DNA of 34,252 bases from Jimgerdemannia flammicorona (Eukaryota), in NCBI GenBank assembly GCA_003990765.1, contig RBNJ01000281.1:1-34252 (forward strand). Reading direction: 5' to 3'. Under the pieces are notes generated by a model. The model ran no database searches and was not told where the DNA came from. It was given only the letters and a program-made list of their open reading frames with translations. The position numbers and the translations under genes are program-made. Shown here in pieces: positions 1 through 12,144 of the stretch; position 1 is the stretch's first letter; each line of letters starts with the position of its first letter.

Positions 1-1
1 G

Positions 2-799
2 GATGATTCCAACATCTATTCAGCAAATTTTGAAGAACACCTGCACCACCTAGAGGAATTCTTCAAGCTCACCCGCAAGAATCACTTGAGACTGAATGCA
101 AAGAAATACTACTTTGGAAAACAGAAACTTGAATTCCTGGGATTCATGGTCTCAAAGGAACGAACTCATGCAGACCCAAAGAAAACTGAGAAGATCAACA
201 ATTGGCCAGTACCCAAGACTCCAAAAGAAATACTATCATTCCTGATGCTAGTATCCTACTACAGAAGGTTTATCATAGATTTTGCCCAAATCACTGCCCC
301 AATCCGAATCCTTCTCAAGAAAGAAGTGCCATTCAAATGGACAGAATCACAGGAAAAAGCTTTTAGAGAACTCAAGAACTGCATGACTACAGCACCAATC
401 CTTGTGCGCCCCAATCTACAGAAGCCATTCATCTTGTATACAGATGCTTCTAAAGATGGTCTAGGAGCAGTTCTAGCCCAAGAAGGACCTGACCAACAGC
501 ACCATGTGATAGCTTATGCAAGCAGAGCTACCAATCAGCAGCAGATGAACTATGGTAGCACCAAACTGGAATGCCTTGCAGTCATATGGGCAGTCACCCT
601 GTTCAAGCATTACCTTATTGGAAAAAGGTTCACCCTGATCACAGACCATGCAGCCCTCAAATGGCTATTCAACCACAAGGAACCTGCTGGAATTCTAGCC
701 CGCTGGATCGTTATCCTTCAGGATTACAAAATCACCATTATTCACAAAGCAGGGAAAGCCCACAACAATGTTGATGTACTTTCCCACCAGCCCCAATGA
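2..799 (+). CDS. pol: Pol fragment of element A: RT C-terminus and RNase H (5'-truncated by window)
   Basis: The frame is open from DDSNIYS (YxDD region) through FLGF, LYTDASKDGLGAVL, LECLAVIWA and TDHAAL to NVDVLSHQPQ*. Confidence 0.93.
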   Translation, partial: DDSNIYSANFEEHLHHLEEFFKLTRKNHLRLNAKKYYFGKQKLEFLGFMVSKERTHADPKKTEKINNWPVPKTPKEILSFLMLVSYYRRFIIDFAQITAPIRILLKKEVPFKWTESQEKAFRELKNCMTTAPILVRPNLQKPFILYTDASKDGLGAVLAQEGPDQQHHVIAYASRATNQQQMNYGSTKLECLAVIWAVTLFKHYLIGKRFTLITDHAALKWLFNHKEPAGILARWIVILQDYKITIIHKAGKAHNNVDVLSHQPQ

Positions 800-1853
800 A
801 TCAGAGGAAGGGTGTCCCGAGGAACCACACCCTAAAGAAAGCTCCTCAGACCATCAAAGCACAAGAAGATCTTATCCGAAAAGAACATCAGAAAGCCCAC
901 CAAGGACAGACAAGTATAGAAGAGAGGATTAAAAAAGAATATCAACATTGGCCCCACCTCAGAACTCAAGTTTGGGACATCATCCAGAAATATGACATCT
1001 GCCAGAAGTACCAAGGAAAGAAGAACTATTAAGCCCCTCTGCAACCGATTCCCCCACCCACTCACATCTTTCAAAGATGGGGAGTAGATGTAATTGGACC
1101 TCTACCAGTTACACCAAGAAGAAACAAATATATTCTTGTATTTGTAGAACATCTGACCAAGTGGCCCAAGGCTTTTCCAATGGAAATCACAGATGCCTTA
1201 ACCATTGTAGGCCTCCTCCATGGACTCACACTCAGATATGGACCTCCAGAAGAACTCATCTCTGACTGAGGCACAGAATTCATCAACAACATAATTACAA
1301 GTTATGCCCAAATCCACAAGATCCACCTCAAAAGGACCACATCATACCACCCCCAGACCAATGGCATGACAGAAAGAATGAACCAGACCATTAAGAGGGA
1401 CTTGTCCGAGTCAACTCTACTAATTGGGACCTCTGCTTACCTGAGATCCTGTGGGAAATTTGGAATACCCCTGCCACATCCACCAAACAAAAGCCATTCG
1501 AAATGATGTTTGCCAAGAAAACCAGAACTGCTGACCATGAGAATCTCGGAGACCTCCTCAAGAAGACAGAACAGTTACGAAATCAAGCCCAGGAAAGACA
1601 AAAGAAATACTATAACCAAAAACAGAAGGATCAGGAGATCAAGATTGGAGATCAAGTCCTAGTTTGGAGAAGTATAATTGAGACAAACTTTGCCGCCAAA
1701 CTGGAATCAAAATGGGAAGGACCTTATTTTGTATACAACATCAGAGGAACCAGCATCTATTTAAGAAGCATGGATAGATGAACCCTGAGAACACCAGTAC
1801 ACATCAATCACCTCAAGATATACCTCTTCTCACACCATAAATCAGAGAGTTGA
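796..1853 (+). pseudogene. Integrase of element A, separate ORF
   Basis: Starts at ATG 796. Contains an HHCC region (HQKAHQG...DICQ), WGVDVIGP, SD*GTEF, YHPQTNGMTERMN and KWEGPY, ending VHINHLKIY...*. Has in-frame stops and one frameshift near 1400. Confidence 0.9.
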
Positions 1854-2349
1854 CAACCACCTCCAAACTCTTGTTCTCAGTTCCCTCCAAGCCCTACCAG
1901 TTCCCCTGCCTCAGTTCTGGGAACCCAATGGAACCTATCTTCAGAGAATCCAAGTTCATCAAGAGAACCTCACCCTGGCTGAGAGATTACTCCAGGTCCA
2001 CCAGCTGCAGGCATATTATACAATTGGAGAACAATTGCAGAATCTTCCTCTCCCAGACCTAGCCTATATCCAAAACACCACTGGCCTGAACAGAAGGAAC
2101 ACTACTGCTGCAGACAGACTATACACCATATATAAACGAAATCCTTCTGCCTTAATCCAGGCCCAGTTTTCTCTGAATGACCTCCAAAGAATGACTCTAC
2201 CCACCTACCTCAGCATTATTCACCAAGTGGAGACCCTATTTTCTGAGGAAGAAGAAGAGCCCCTGGAATAGAGTGACCGCAGCTCAGATGATGATGATGG
2301 AACAGGTATAGATGCAGAAGCTGCTTATGTCTATTGGGATGATGACTGA
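1837..2349 (+). pseudogene. Accessory 3' ORF of element A, unknown function
   Basis: The frame is open from ATA at 1837 (probably a mutated ATG, M-N-Q-R) to TAG 2271 and continues to TGA 2349. Contains LQAYYTIGEQL...AADRLYTIY and an acidic tail. Confidence 0.7.
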
Positions 2350-2388
2350 AGAATAGTCTGGGACAGACTACCCTTCAGTGGGGGCTGA

Positions 2389-3854
2389 TGTAACAAGACC
2401 AAAACATACCACCTGAATTATAACTTAGCCAGATGATGCGAACAATTAGCATACTTACTCAGCATGATGTGACTTCCAGTATATCATAGTTACTCATGCC
2501 CACCACACTTATAATTAGCCAAGACACCAGATCAGAATTGTTTACCTGTGTCCTGAGGACACACTCATGTCTTGCAGACACACTCATGTCCTGTGGACAC
2601 ACTCATGTCCTGTGGACACACTCATGTCCTGCAGACACACTCATGTCCTGTGGACACACCTGTACCCAGAGGACACACCCAAACATTACCAAAGATAGCA
2701 AATCTATAGTTAGCCACATAGTAACCAGATAGTAACCAACTTGTATAAATTACCCCAGAGGCGCGAGTGAATAAAACTTCAGTCCGAATTGAAGTGCAAA
2801 CCAAAGAAGCCTCTAAAGGTTGGACAATTGGTCCTCTTATTCCCACTCCAGTCCACTTTCCAATATAAAGAAGAGTTTGTTACATTTTTGGTTCGCTTGC
2901 CAGATAAGCCTGAAGATTTGCCACCTAAGTTCAAGGAGAACTTCGCCGCCTTTTGAAGAACCCGCAGCTTAAAGGAATAAGCCACACTATTGGTACACTT
3001 GCCAGATAAGCCTGAAGAACCCTATCCTCCGTCTTTCCAAGAAAGCCACCTTGCTTAAGCCAGTTTCTGATGCAACTTCACAGTGATCCGTTCGCACAAA
3101 CAAAGCTAGTCTTTGACGTAACTTTGCCAAGAGACCCTTTTCCAAGGAATACCGCCAGTTGTTCGTATTCCCAGTAGAAGCCTGCTGATTCAGGAAGAAT
3201 CTGTGCCATCCCATTTCCCAGTTAGAGCCCACCGATTCAGGAAGAATCCACATCACCTGTCATTTCTAAGCTATCCGCCATATTCTCAGTTGAAGCCACT
3301 GATTTAGAAGAGTTCATGCCATCCGAGTTAATTCCCAGTTAAGCTGCCATTTTCAAGAAGTCTGCCAAATCTGCATCATCCACCACTTTCAAGTTATTCA
3401 CATTCCCTGTGAGCCCGGTATAGAAGAATCTGCACCATATGATTCCTAGTGAGCCAAATCGAGTTATCCGCCGAATTATCAGAACATCCGCATAAGGAAC
3501 CCGCCACGCTACACGAAGATCATCACGCTACACAAGATCGTCACACAGAAATCGCCCACCACCCAAGAAGGAGAACCGCTAAATTGCCAGACTGTCACAC
3601 ACAAGGAGATCATCACGCTACACAGAAATTGTGCTATTCCCAGTTGACCGAAGAAGGAAAAGACATACAAATCGCCGCTACACCCAGAGAACTGTCCCAA
3701 TAAGGAAATTGCTCGCACAGTATCCAGATCTTGACTATTATACCGCTAAATACCAAGAACATTTTGTTGCTTTTAACAAAGTAACTGGGGGCTCAAGCCA
3801 AACTACATCAACCCCCAACCTTGTATTTTGCCTCCATTGAGCCGGCACATTATA
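2389..3854 (+). repeat. 3' LTR of element A (about 1.47 kb)
   Basis: Begins TGTAAC and ends CACATTATA, a mutated CACGTTACA as seen in the 33681 copy. TATA at 2744, AATAAA at 2770. Confidence 0.88.
2547..2680 (+). repeat. 19-bp tandem repeat (CCTGTGGACACACTCATGT, about 6 units) in U3 of LTR A
   Basis: Directly visible head-to-tail units with no spacers. Confidence 0.92.
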
Positions 3855-4198
3855 ATAGATTAAATTGAATATACTAGATATATATTTCATCTATTCTTCA
3901 AATGATCACTAAGATACTTTATTTGCTATACAATCTTTACAGAAGTTATCATTAGGATATATTGCTAGTAATCCTCATATGAATTTATTCCTAATTATTC
4001 TTTTTAGACTTAATTTGTCCATATGTCCTAAGTATTAATACTATGTATTAGATATGTCAGATATAGTTATCATATATATAGAGGCTTTTATACTATTTAA
4101 TATACTATTGATTGCATAAAGATTGTCTTGTTTTAATACTATTATAATTTACTTAATATTTTTCAAACTATATACTATTACTCTTATTGAGTATATAT
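3855..4198 (-). pseudogene. Decayed Ty1/Copia fragment (GAG-pre-integrase region); target of elements A and B
   Basis: The minus strand reads T-*-Y-*-Y-L-G-H-M (WHxRLGH-like) and FCKDCIANK (CxxC). Confidence 0.6.
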
Positions 4199-6077
4199 TA
4201 TAACAATATCTTTGAAATCAGTGATATCAGAATTCAGAAGACTGTCTTGACTTTGTAAGCTACTAGTTACAAGTTGTGACTCAACTAAGACTCATCTTGA
4301 TCAGAAGATGATTCCTATCTAAACTTATAATAACTCATAATGAGTCCAATAGTATACTACTCTAAAGCAGATAACCTTACTCTCTGAACCAGAGGAGTAG
4401 ACCCTCAAGATATAAAAAGAAGTATCAAGAGAAGAAATACAAAGTATCAACTATATATAAAAGACTTACTACAAAACAAAATATCTGTCATCTGTCAAAT
4501 AGTAAGGTCAAGGAGCTACCCAGGTCCATTAGTTTAAGAATATATATTTACTGATATCAAGAGGGCATTGAGGTTATATATATATAAGAAAGACCTCTAG
4601 TCTGAACTTTTACATAAGAGACCTCTATCTCTATACTCTCAACTATCAAAAAATGGAAATAGGAATAACCACAGCTACTAAGTATCTCTGGATATAGTAA
4701 GAATATAAAAAGAAACATCACCTCTACTAATAATTCTCACAAGCCAGCTCCTAAGAAATTACAGACAATATATACATAGATAGATATTAACAAAAATTAG
4801 CCAAAAGAGTTTATCAGATCATCAGACATATATCCTGAACCATTCTCAATCTGGAATATGTCAAAATATCTGACATTTAAGAACTGACAAGCTGACATAT
4901 AGACCATCTTGAAGAAATGATTGCAGAAGAGGCCCAATATATCATTATAGTCAAGAGTGATGAGGGTCAAGATCTTTAGAATCTTATCCTAGAGAACAAC
5001 TCAGATTAGTTCATCTATGATCTGATTGTATTATTTCAAGACTCTTCTCTGAGAGTCTGCTCTCTCCAGAATCCCACAGATATTCCCTACTTTGTAGATA
5101 ACAATACCATTAACTAGAGATCTTAAAAGTAGAATGACTTTATGCTCTTTAGTAATATTATCAATAATGACTTAGAGAATAGTGGTGATCTATTTATCTT
5201 TTTAGAAGATGATCTCAACAACTTACTAAGAGATACAGAAAATAATTTGGCCAGACTCTCTGAAGAAAATGAGAAGAAGGATGAGAATGATATAATTTTA
5301 GTTATATTGAATTTTAAGATATATAGGGATAGTTCTATTAGTCAAATTAAGTAAGTTAGTTAGTTGGACAAATAGTAACTACATATTAACTAGCCAAAAT
5401 CATCACAAATATAAAATTAGCCTTATTCAGTTAGTTCATTACCTGAAATTTCAAAATTGTACTAATTAGCATCTATTAGTAATTGTGAGTTAAAATTAAT
5501 TATCTAGCCTTATATATAGCTTGGAAACTATATAAATACCCTCTGATCTATAGAAAATAAACCTCAGTCAATTAGTTTGCAATACTAACTTAAGTTCTGA
5601 AAGATAAGAAAGTCAAGTGTAAGAACTTTGAGAAAAGACTCCAAGAGCTAAAGAAATTACTCTTGCTATTGCCATTATAGAAAATTGGATACAAGACTAT
5701 GAAAAATCATCATGAAACTCAAGATACAAATCTGTCAGTCAAAATTACTATTGGAAAACAAGACTAAGGAAAAGACTTAGAAAAATTGCCAGGAAACTCC
5801 AGAACAACCTACTGGTACTGAAATTGGATACAAGATCTAAGAAATCTATCAGAAAACTCAAGAACAACATATGATATAAGTAATTGCCCTTTTAACATAT
5901 GATTTGAATAACTATCATGTAACCAATAACCAAAGACATGTGAACAGATAAAACAGCAGTTAAAGAGAACATTGAGTCAGAAATATAGTTGAAAATAAAT
6001 AAAAAATAGTATATAGATATTCAGTAACATATGAGTCATATATATCAAGAACTAAGATATATAAATTGCATGCTACA
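4199..6077 (+). repeat. 5' LTR of element B (about 1.88 kb)
   Basis: Aligns colinearly with 13741-14286 plus 20181-21623. Starts TATAAC (mutated TGTAAC) and ends GCTACA before the PBS. Confidence 0.88.
4340..5354 (+). pseudogene. Accessory ORF embedded in U3 of LTR B (about 335 codons)
   Basis: Starts ATG 4340 (MSPIVYYSK). Comparing the two LTR copies restores one reading frame containing LY*EF...QKLAKRVYQII and an acidic/coiled-coil tail. Most stops are explainable by transitions. Confidence 0.7.
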
Positions 6078-6080
6078 TTT

Positions 6081-6096
6081 TGGAGATATAACTGGG
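6081..6096 (+). promoter_or_regulatory. Primer-binding site of element B
   Basis: TGGAGATATAACTGGG lies 3 nt after the LTR-terminal CA, the same spacing as in element C. The tRNA is not assignable by eye. Confidence 0.65.
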
Positions 6097-6229
6097 AAAG
6101 TTTTCTAAAGACTTGGCCATTTGGCTCAAGAATCCAGCAGTTATTTATAGTGGAGGATTTAGAAGAAACTAGTCAGCAGTAAGACTAGGGCCATCAATAG
6201 TTTACTTCAGAAAGAGAAGCTTATATCAT

Positions 6230-9200
6230 TGTTAGAACAGCCCTTACCCTGTTTAGAACTAGTAGTCAGAAAACTAAATCAGAAGAAAGAAGTGATACAG
6301 ATTATGGTTTGATCTTAAAAAAAAGAAGATAACTCAGAAGACTATCTAAGTCTATCCAGATCCAAGGCCCAGAACAAGAAGAAGATTTTCCTGAAGATTA
6401 CTGGATTCTAATCTATAGAAGAGATTCAGACAGAAGTGACTACATTATTACTATCATTACTTAAGCCACTCTACTGGATTAAGCATATTTTGAAACATCT
6501 GAAGGAGAAGAAGACAACCATCCTTATCTTCCAGAACAAGAGAAAGATAATAATTGAAGAAGTTAACCAGACTACCTAAGAGATGAATTCAACCTTTATT
6601 ACTACTTAGGTAGTAATATAGATTCTTGATAAGATAAATAGAATTCTTTTGCTTCACAATAGCAAGAGACAGACAAACTGAACATTAGCTACATCAGTCT
6701 TATTCTAATTGTCAGAACCTCAGTACTCTGGTCCTTTATACTCTGATACTATTCACAAGAGACAAGAAGCTCTAGCCCTCTCAGTATCTTAGTATTTAGT
6801 GATTACTATCACTCAATTAGAGAACCACTACCATCAAGAACCTCTATCCCAGCTTTAATTAGAAGGGCCAGACTCCCCATATTCTCACCAAGATACTGCC
6901 TTTTGCCAGTACTACTAGTTCATCAAGCATCTCTACTATCTCTATCTCTATAAGTATCATTAAGAAATTCTACCCCAGAACTAGACTCAGATAGTAAAGA
7001 TGAACTAGACATAAGCTATCTTCAGGAATTCCATAGAGCAGACAGTGAGGATATCAAGGAATTCTTTGGAGAAATTGAAGTATAAGCAGTAGTCAAGTAG
7101 TAGAATATCCAGAGAAAGCTCAGAATTGTGAAATTACTTCTGAGATATTCAACCCTACAGAAGTATAACCAAGTAAAGCAAGTTGGAAGAGATAGAATAT
7201 ACCAAAAATCTTCAAGTAAATAGAGACCATATAGATAGATATAATATTTATAAAACCTAGCTCTATACTTAGATCAATGGTCTTGAGCACTAATGGGAAG
7301 TATAAGAAGCTTTAATCTATATGAGCCAAGCCACCAATAAAGCTCCAAAAGGTTTTTATTATTGAATTTAAGCTCAGATGATTAGGGCAAACTTGTAATC
7401 TTCAGTCTAACTAGCCTTGTCTAAACCACCTTTCTCAATAGAATATTCTCAAAACTTTGAAGACAGGTCATTAGAATGGGCTATTTAAGTATTGAGTAAC
7501 AAGTTGCTAGAGTATAAGAATGCTGAGAAGTAGACTATAGACTATCTCAGCAAGTTCAAGAATATCAAGAACCAGCTCAAGCTGAAACCTTAAGAACTTA
7601 TATAATAACTATAAAATAAGAGAATGTCTACTTGAGAGCCCAGTTGGCCAGCTATGAGATCAGACCCCCACTCTCAATTTCAACTCAATACAGGCAACAA
7701 TAGCAGCCCCCACTAAGAACTTAAGAAGACCCTATGATAATGCTCACTAAATAAATAAAAGACCTAGTTATTGTGATTGCTCAGTTAAAGAACTAAGAGA
7801 GAAGATAATAAGATTATTGTTGAGATAATAGACCAGACTACTGATAGTAAGATAACAGGAGTTCCATTCAGGCCCCACTGGTTACAACTGCAGATTCACC
7901 AGCAATAGGTTTCTATACTCTAACTTGCTTCAACTGTAGAAACCAAGATTACATTCAGAGGTTTTTCCTAAAGAAACAAACTCCATCCAAATACAGAAAT
8001 ATCAATCTCATTTAAGTAGATGAAGAGACTCAAAAAATATAAGAAAAAGCTACCTGACTTCATGATCAAGAGAATATCTATCCATACTATAAAATCTTTT
8101 TCTCTAAGATAACTTGAGATGTAGTATATATATTGACCAGAGAATGAGAAAGACCTCTAAGGACCCCACTTCCACCACCATTGCCTGTAACTATATCTAC
8201 AAGCAAACATCTAAGATATGGCCATTCTTTTTCAGATACTTCTCTGAAGAAGGACAAGATTGTCAGAGGAGACACCTCTGAATCAGAAGCTGGTCCATCA
8301 AGAGTATCAAGAAGTACCTCTCTATCTGATCTTGAAGAAGACAAATATATAAGTATAGAGTCCTCAGCTGATGAAATGTCCAATAGAAATAAGAGGATCC
8401 ATTATAAAAGACCTAGACATTAAAGAAGCAATAAGCCCCATGAAGCAGCATTACTTTGGAAACATCACTATATCCAGAATACAGGTCTCACAGTTGAACA
8501 AGTTCTCAAGAATATACTAGAGATTAGGTGAAAATTCCTAAAGGAAGTTAAAGAAGATATCAAGAGAATTTCTGTCCAAGGACTATATATACTAGAGCCT
8601 AGCACTATCTATGTAGTCTATGAATATCAATATTAAGAATATCAATCTATAAGACTAACTAATGAAAAGGTATATAGTGAGAATACCAGAATTCTTATTA
8701 ATACTGAAACAGCAGTTTGCATTATCACCCAGTGAATACTAGAAAGAATTGGATGGAGAATTGATGAAGACACCAAAGCAAGAGTTATTATGGCAGATGA
8801 ATCAGCATCTATCCCCCTTAGACTAGTCAGAGATATATCTATTTAAGTTGGAAAAAAGTCTACCTCAATATAACTTAAGCTATTGTAACTCTAGTAATCT
8901 CTTATAATCTGATTTTGAGAACTAACTAGTTAAACTAAGTTGGAGTCAATGTAGATATCAAGAAATAACTCCTGGTCTTCACCTTCTATAGATAAAAGCA
9001 TAAGGTACCAATTGAGTCAAAAGAATTAAGGAGAGCCAGTCAGGTCTCTAAGACAGAATAGTAAGGATATAGAGATATACTCACTATTATAGAGAATAAA
9101 GGTAAAGCAAATTTTCTACAAGAACTAGGAAGTGATTTTGATACCTCTAAAGACTCTGAAAGTAGTCAAGAAGACCTTTTTATCAGAGTTATTAATACTG

Positions 9201-12144
9201 AAAGCCTGGAAGCAAGTATTGATTAAGCTATTAATGAAGAAGCAGTACTTATATTTGAAGGACCATCTATACAACCACTCTTATCTCTGAAAGAAAATCA
9301 AATTATGCAAGCCATCTACCTAGGTATATATGAATACTATAACTGTTTCTACTCATCAAAAGATAATTGTAGCAACTGCCAAATTCTTAATCTCAACAAT
9401 ATTTTAATACTAGCAATCAAAGATTAAAATGAGCTCCAGTACTCAGATAAATATAACTACCCACTCTAAAGGCTTTCATAAAGACCTATAAGAAAAAGCA
9501 GAAAATTCTCTCTCACTAATCTTTGGAGATCCTCATAATTAAAGGCAATAATAACAGTACTTATACCATTATCTGAGCCCTCTAGATCACTCTACCTATC
9601 TATGATAAATATTGAAAGAGGTATTCAACAAGTAAGAAAATCAGACAGTAGAATGAGGAATTCATCAAGCAAGGGCACTGTGATTGTGGAAAACCCTTTA
9701 TCTATTACTAGTATAAATATCAAAGTATTTACCTCAGTAAAGATATCTATAAAAGCCAAGGATCCCACTTTGTAAGAACTTTGAATTTGCTAGACTTGTT
9801 GGAAATACAAAGAGATCAACCATGAAGAAGACTATAAAGTCAAGAACAAGACCTCTATCTAGAAGCTACTATTAGAAATTTATGTCATTATTTATTAATA
9901 TTACCAGTCACACCAAGATAAATAAGAAGTCAATCTTGTCTTCACCTTCAAAGAAGCCTTAGATCTATTTGGAAAAACTAGATTCAACTATACAAGAAAC
10001 CTAAAGACTTGAGTATATTGGCCATTATTTAAGTCAGAATATATGAAGTTCTCATCTGTAGTAGTAACTACTGAATTGACATTCCTCAAGACCCAGTCTG
10101 TCATCTAAGTCAAACTGCTCTCACCTTGGGCACAACCTCCTCTTGCACAAGTAGAAGGATCAGTAGGATATGACCTCTGTCTTCCCTATCAGGCAATGCT
10201 CTATCCAGGACTACTAGGATTTTTGACCTTCAAATCACACTTGCTATACCATCTGGATATTATGGACAACTGGCATCAAGATTATCTCTAGCAGTCAAAG
10301 AAATCATAGTAAAAGGAGAAATAATTGATTAGAATTATCAAGGTCCTCTGAAGGTCATTATTTGCAATAATAGTAAAAACTACTGAGTCTTTAACCCCTT
10401 GAAAGCCATCTGCCAAATTCTATTTATTAAGATATTACAGTCTACTTTTCAAGAGGTAAATCAACTAGACAGCACTAAGAGAGGACAAGGAGGTTTTGGA
10501 AGTATATATAAATAGAACTCCTCTATTACTACTCATTGAAGTTTACTTAACAATAGTAGCTAAGTTCTGATAAATAAAATCATATATCTGCCACCCTATT
10601 TAAGCAAAAGAAGATATCCTCCTTCAACTATATAAACAAAGAAGTCTTGATATATATCCATCTGTAGATACCAATAATCTGATATTTGAGTCATCAATAG
10701 AACTCCAAGAAAATTATCACCTTCTCCTGACTGAAGAATGAATCTATAATAGATATTATTAATCCACATTTCTGGGCTTTAAAGTAGTAATAGTCTCTAG
10801 AGGAATAATATTAAGATACTTTGAATTTCTGATAGATACCTATGAGAAAAAAGTCTTTGAATTTTTGAAAAATAGCAAGCTCTCTCTAGTGAGACTGATA
10901 GTACTAGAGAAAAAGACTCAATAATTAAAGCCATTGATATTGAGACAACTCTGACCAAGAATTAGCAATAGTAGATACAGAAGTTGATAGAAGAATATAA
11001 AGATATATTTACTATTATATATAATAATTTTTCACTATATCAATATAGAGAATATGCAATATATATAGAAGATATCAAACCAATCTAATAATATCCCTAC
11101 TGAATACTACACTACTTGATTGAGTTTAAATAATAATATATAGATGAAAAACTATGAAATAGAGTTATCAGACCCTCATTAAGCCTCTGGGCTTCACCAG
11201 TAATCATAGTATCAAATAAAAGAGACCAGACAAGAATAGTATGAATACCTCTAGATGCTATTTAGACTATGCAATATACTAGTCTTATTCTAGTAAATGA
11301 TGAACTATATATACTGAGACCTTGTTGGAAGAAATGTGCTAGTATTATAAATGATATAATTATCTACTCTAAGACATTTGAACAATACCTGTGAGATCTC
11401 TATGAAGTATTTGATACCATCTGAAACTCAGGATTTAGACTCAATACTATGAAATACTTCTTTAGAAAACACTAAGTTAAATATCTAAGATATATAGTTT
11501 TAGCCCAAGGAACTCATGCTGATCTGTGTAAGGTAGAGAAATTTAAGAATTATCCAACTTCTATCTCTATAAAGGAAGTTCTATCTTTTCTTATATTAGC
11601 ATCTCATTACTAGTAATTCATCCTAAGATTTTCAGATAAGACAGCTCTACCATATGATATCTCCAAAAAGGACCAACTATTCTACTGAAAGGAAGAACAG
11701 TAGAAGTAATTTGGCTTGCTCAAAAAGGCCCTCACCAAAGTCCCTATTTTAGTATAACCAGATTTTAACAAACCATTCATCTTGGCAACTGATGCCTCTG
11801 TCCTTAGACTTGGATCAATCCTATCTCAGCTAGATGATCAGAAGAAAGAATATATTATTGAGTATACTTGTAAGGCCACTAATGATATACAAGCAAACTA
11901 TAGAGCCACTAAGCTGAAATATCTTGTAGTAATATAGACTATAGATCACTTCAGACACTACTTCTTAGAAAAGAGATTTGTCCTTATTACTTACTATCAA
12001 GCTTTATAATAGTTGTTCAACAAACCAGAACCCTCAGAAATCTTTACCAGATAGATCATATCTCTACAAAAATATCAGTTTACTATTGTCTGTAAGAAAG
12101 GAGTTAAGAATTTCAATATTGATATTCTGTTAAGGATCTCATGA
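6230..12144 (+). pseudogene. pol: Decayed gag-pol of element B (Gag with CCHC knuckle, protease, dUTPase, RT, RNase H)
   Basis: CFNCRNQDYIQRF at ~7927; ILINTETAVCII (DTG-like) at ~8690; SPWASPV at ~11180; mutated YxDD at ~11345; LATDASVLRLG at ~11780; ends NIDILLRIS*. RT has an internal deletion near 11235. The start is approximate. Confidence 0.85.
10100..10506 (+). pseudogene. dut: dUTPase domain of element B
   Basis: Reads VKLLSPWAQPP..GSVGYDL, YYGQLASRLSLA, GEIID*NYQG and TKRGQGGFGS, matching dUTPase motifs 1, 2, 3 and 5. Confidence 0.85.

Larger units (their letters stand above)
1..3854 (+). mobile_element. Ty3/Gypsy LTR retrotransposon, family A, 3' half (RT end, RNase H, integrase, accessory ORF, PPT, 3' LTR)
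   Basis: Domain order RT-RH-IN is Gypsy-type. PPT-like AGTGGGGGCTGA precedes TGTAAC at 2389. The LTR end is defined by the homologous copy at 33681. Confidence 0.95.

Noticed and set aside
2547..2680. CRISPR-like array
   Set aside because: The units are contiguous with no unique spacers, there are no cas genes, and the context is a eukaryotic LTR.
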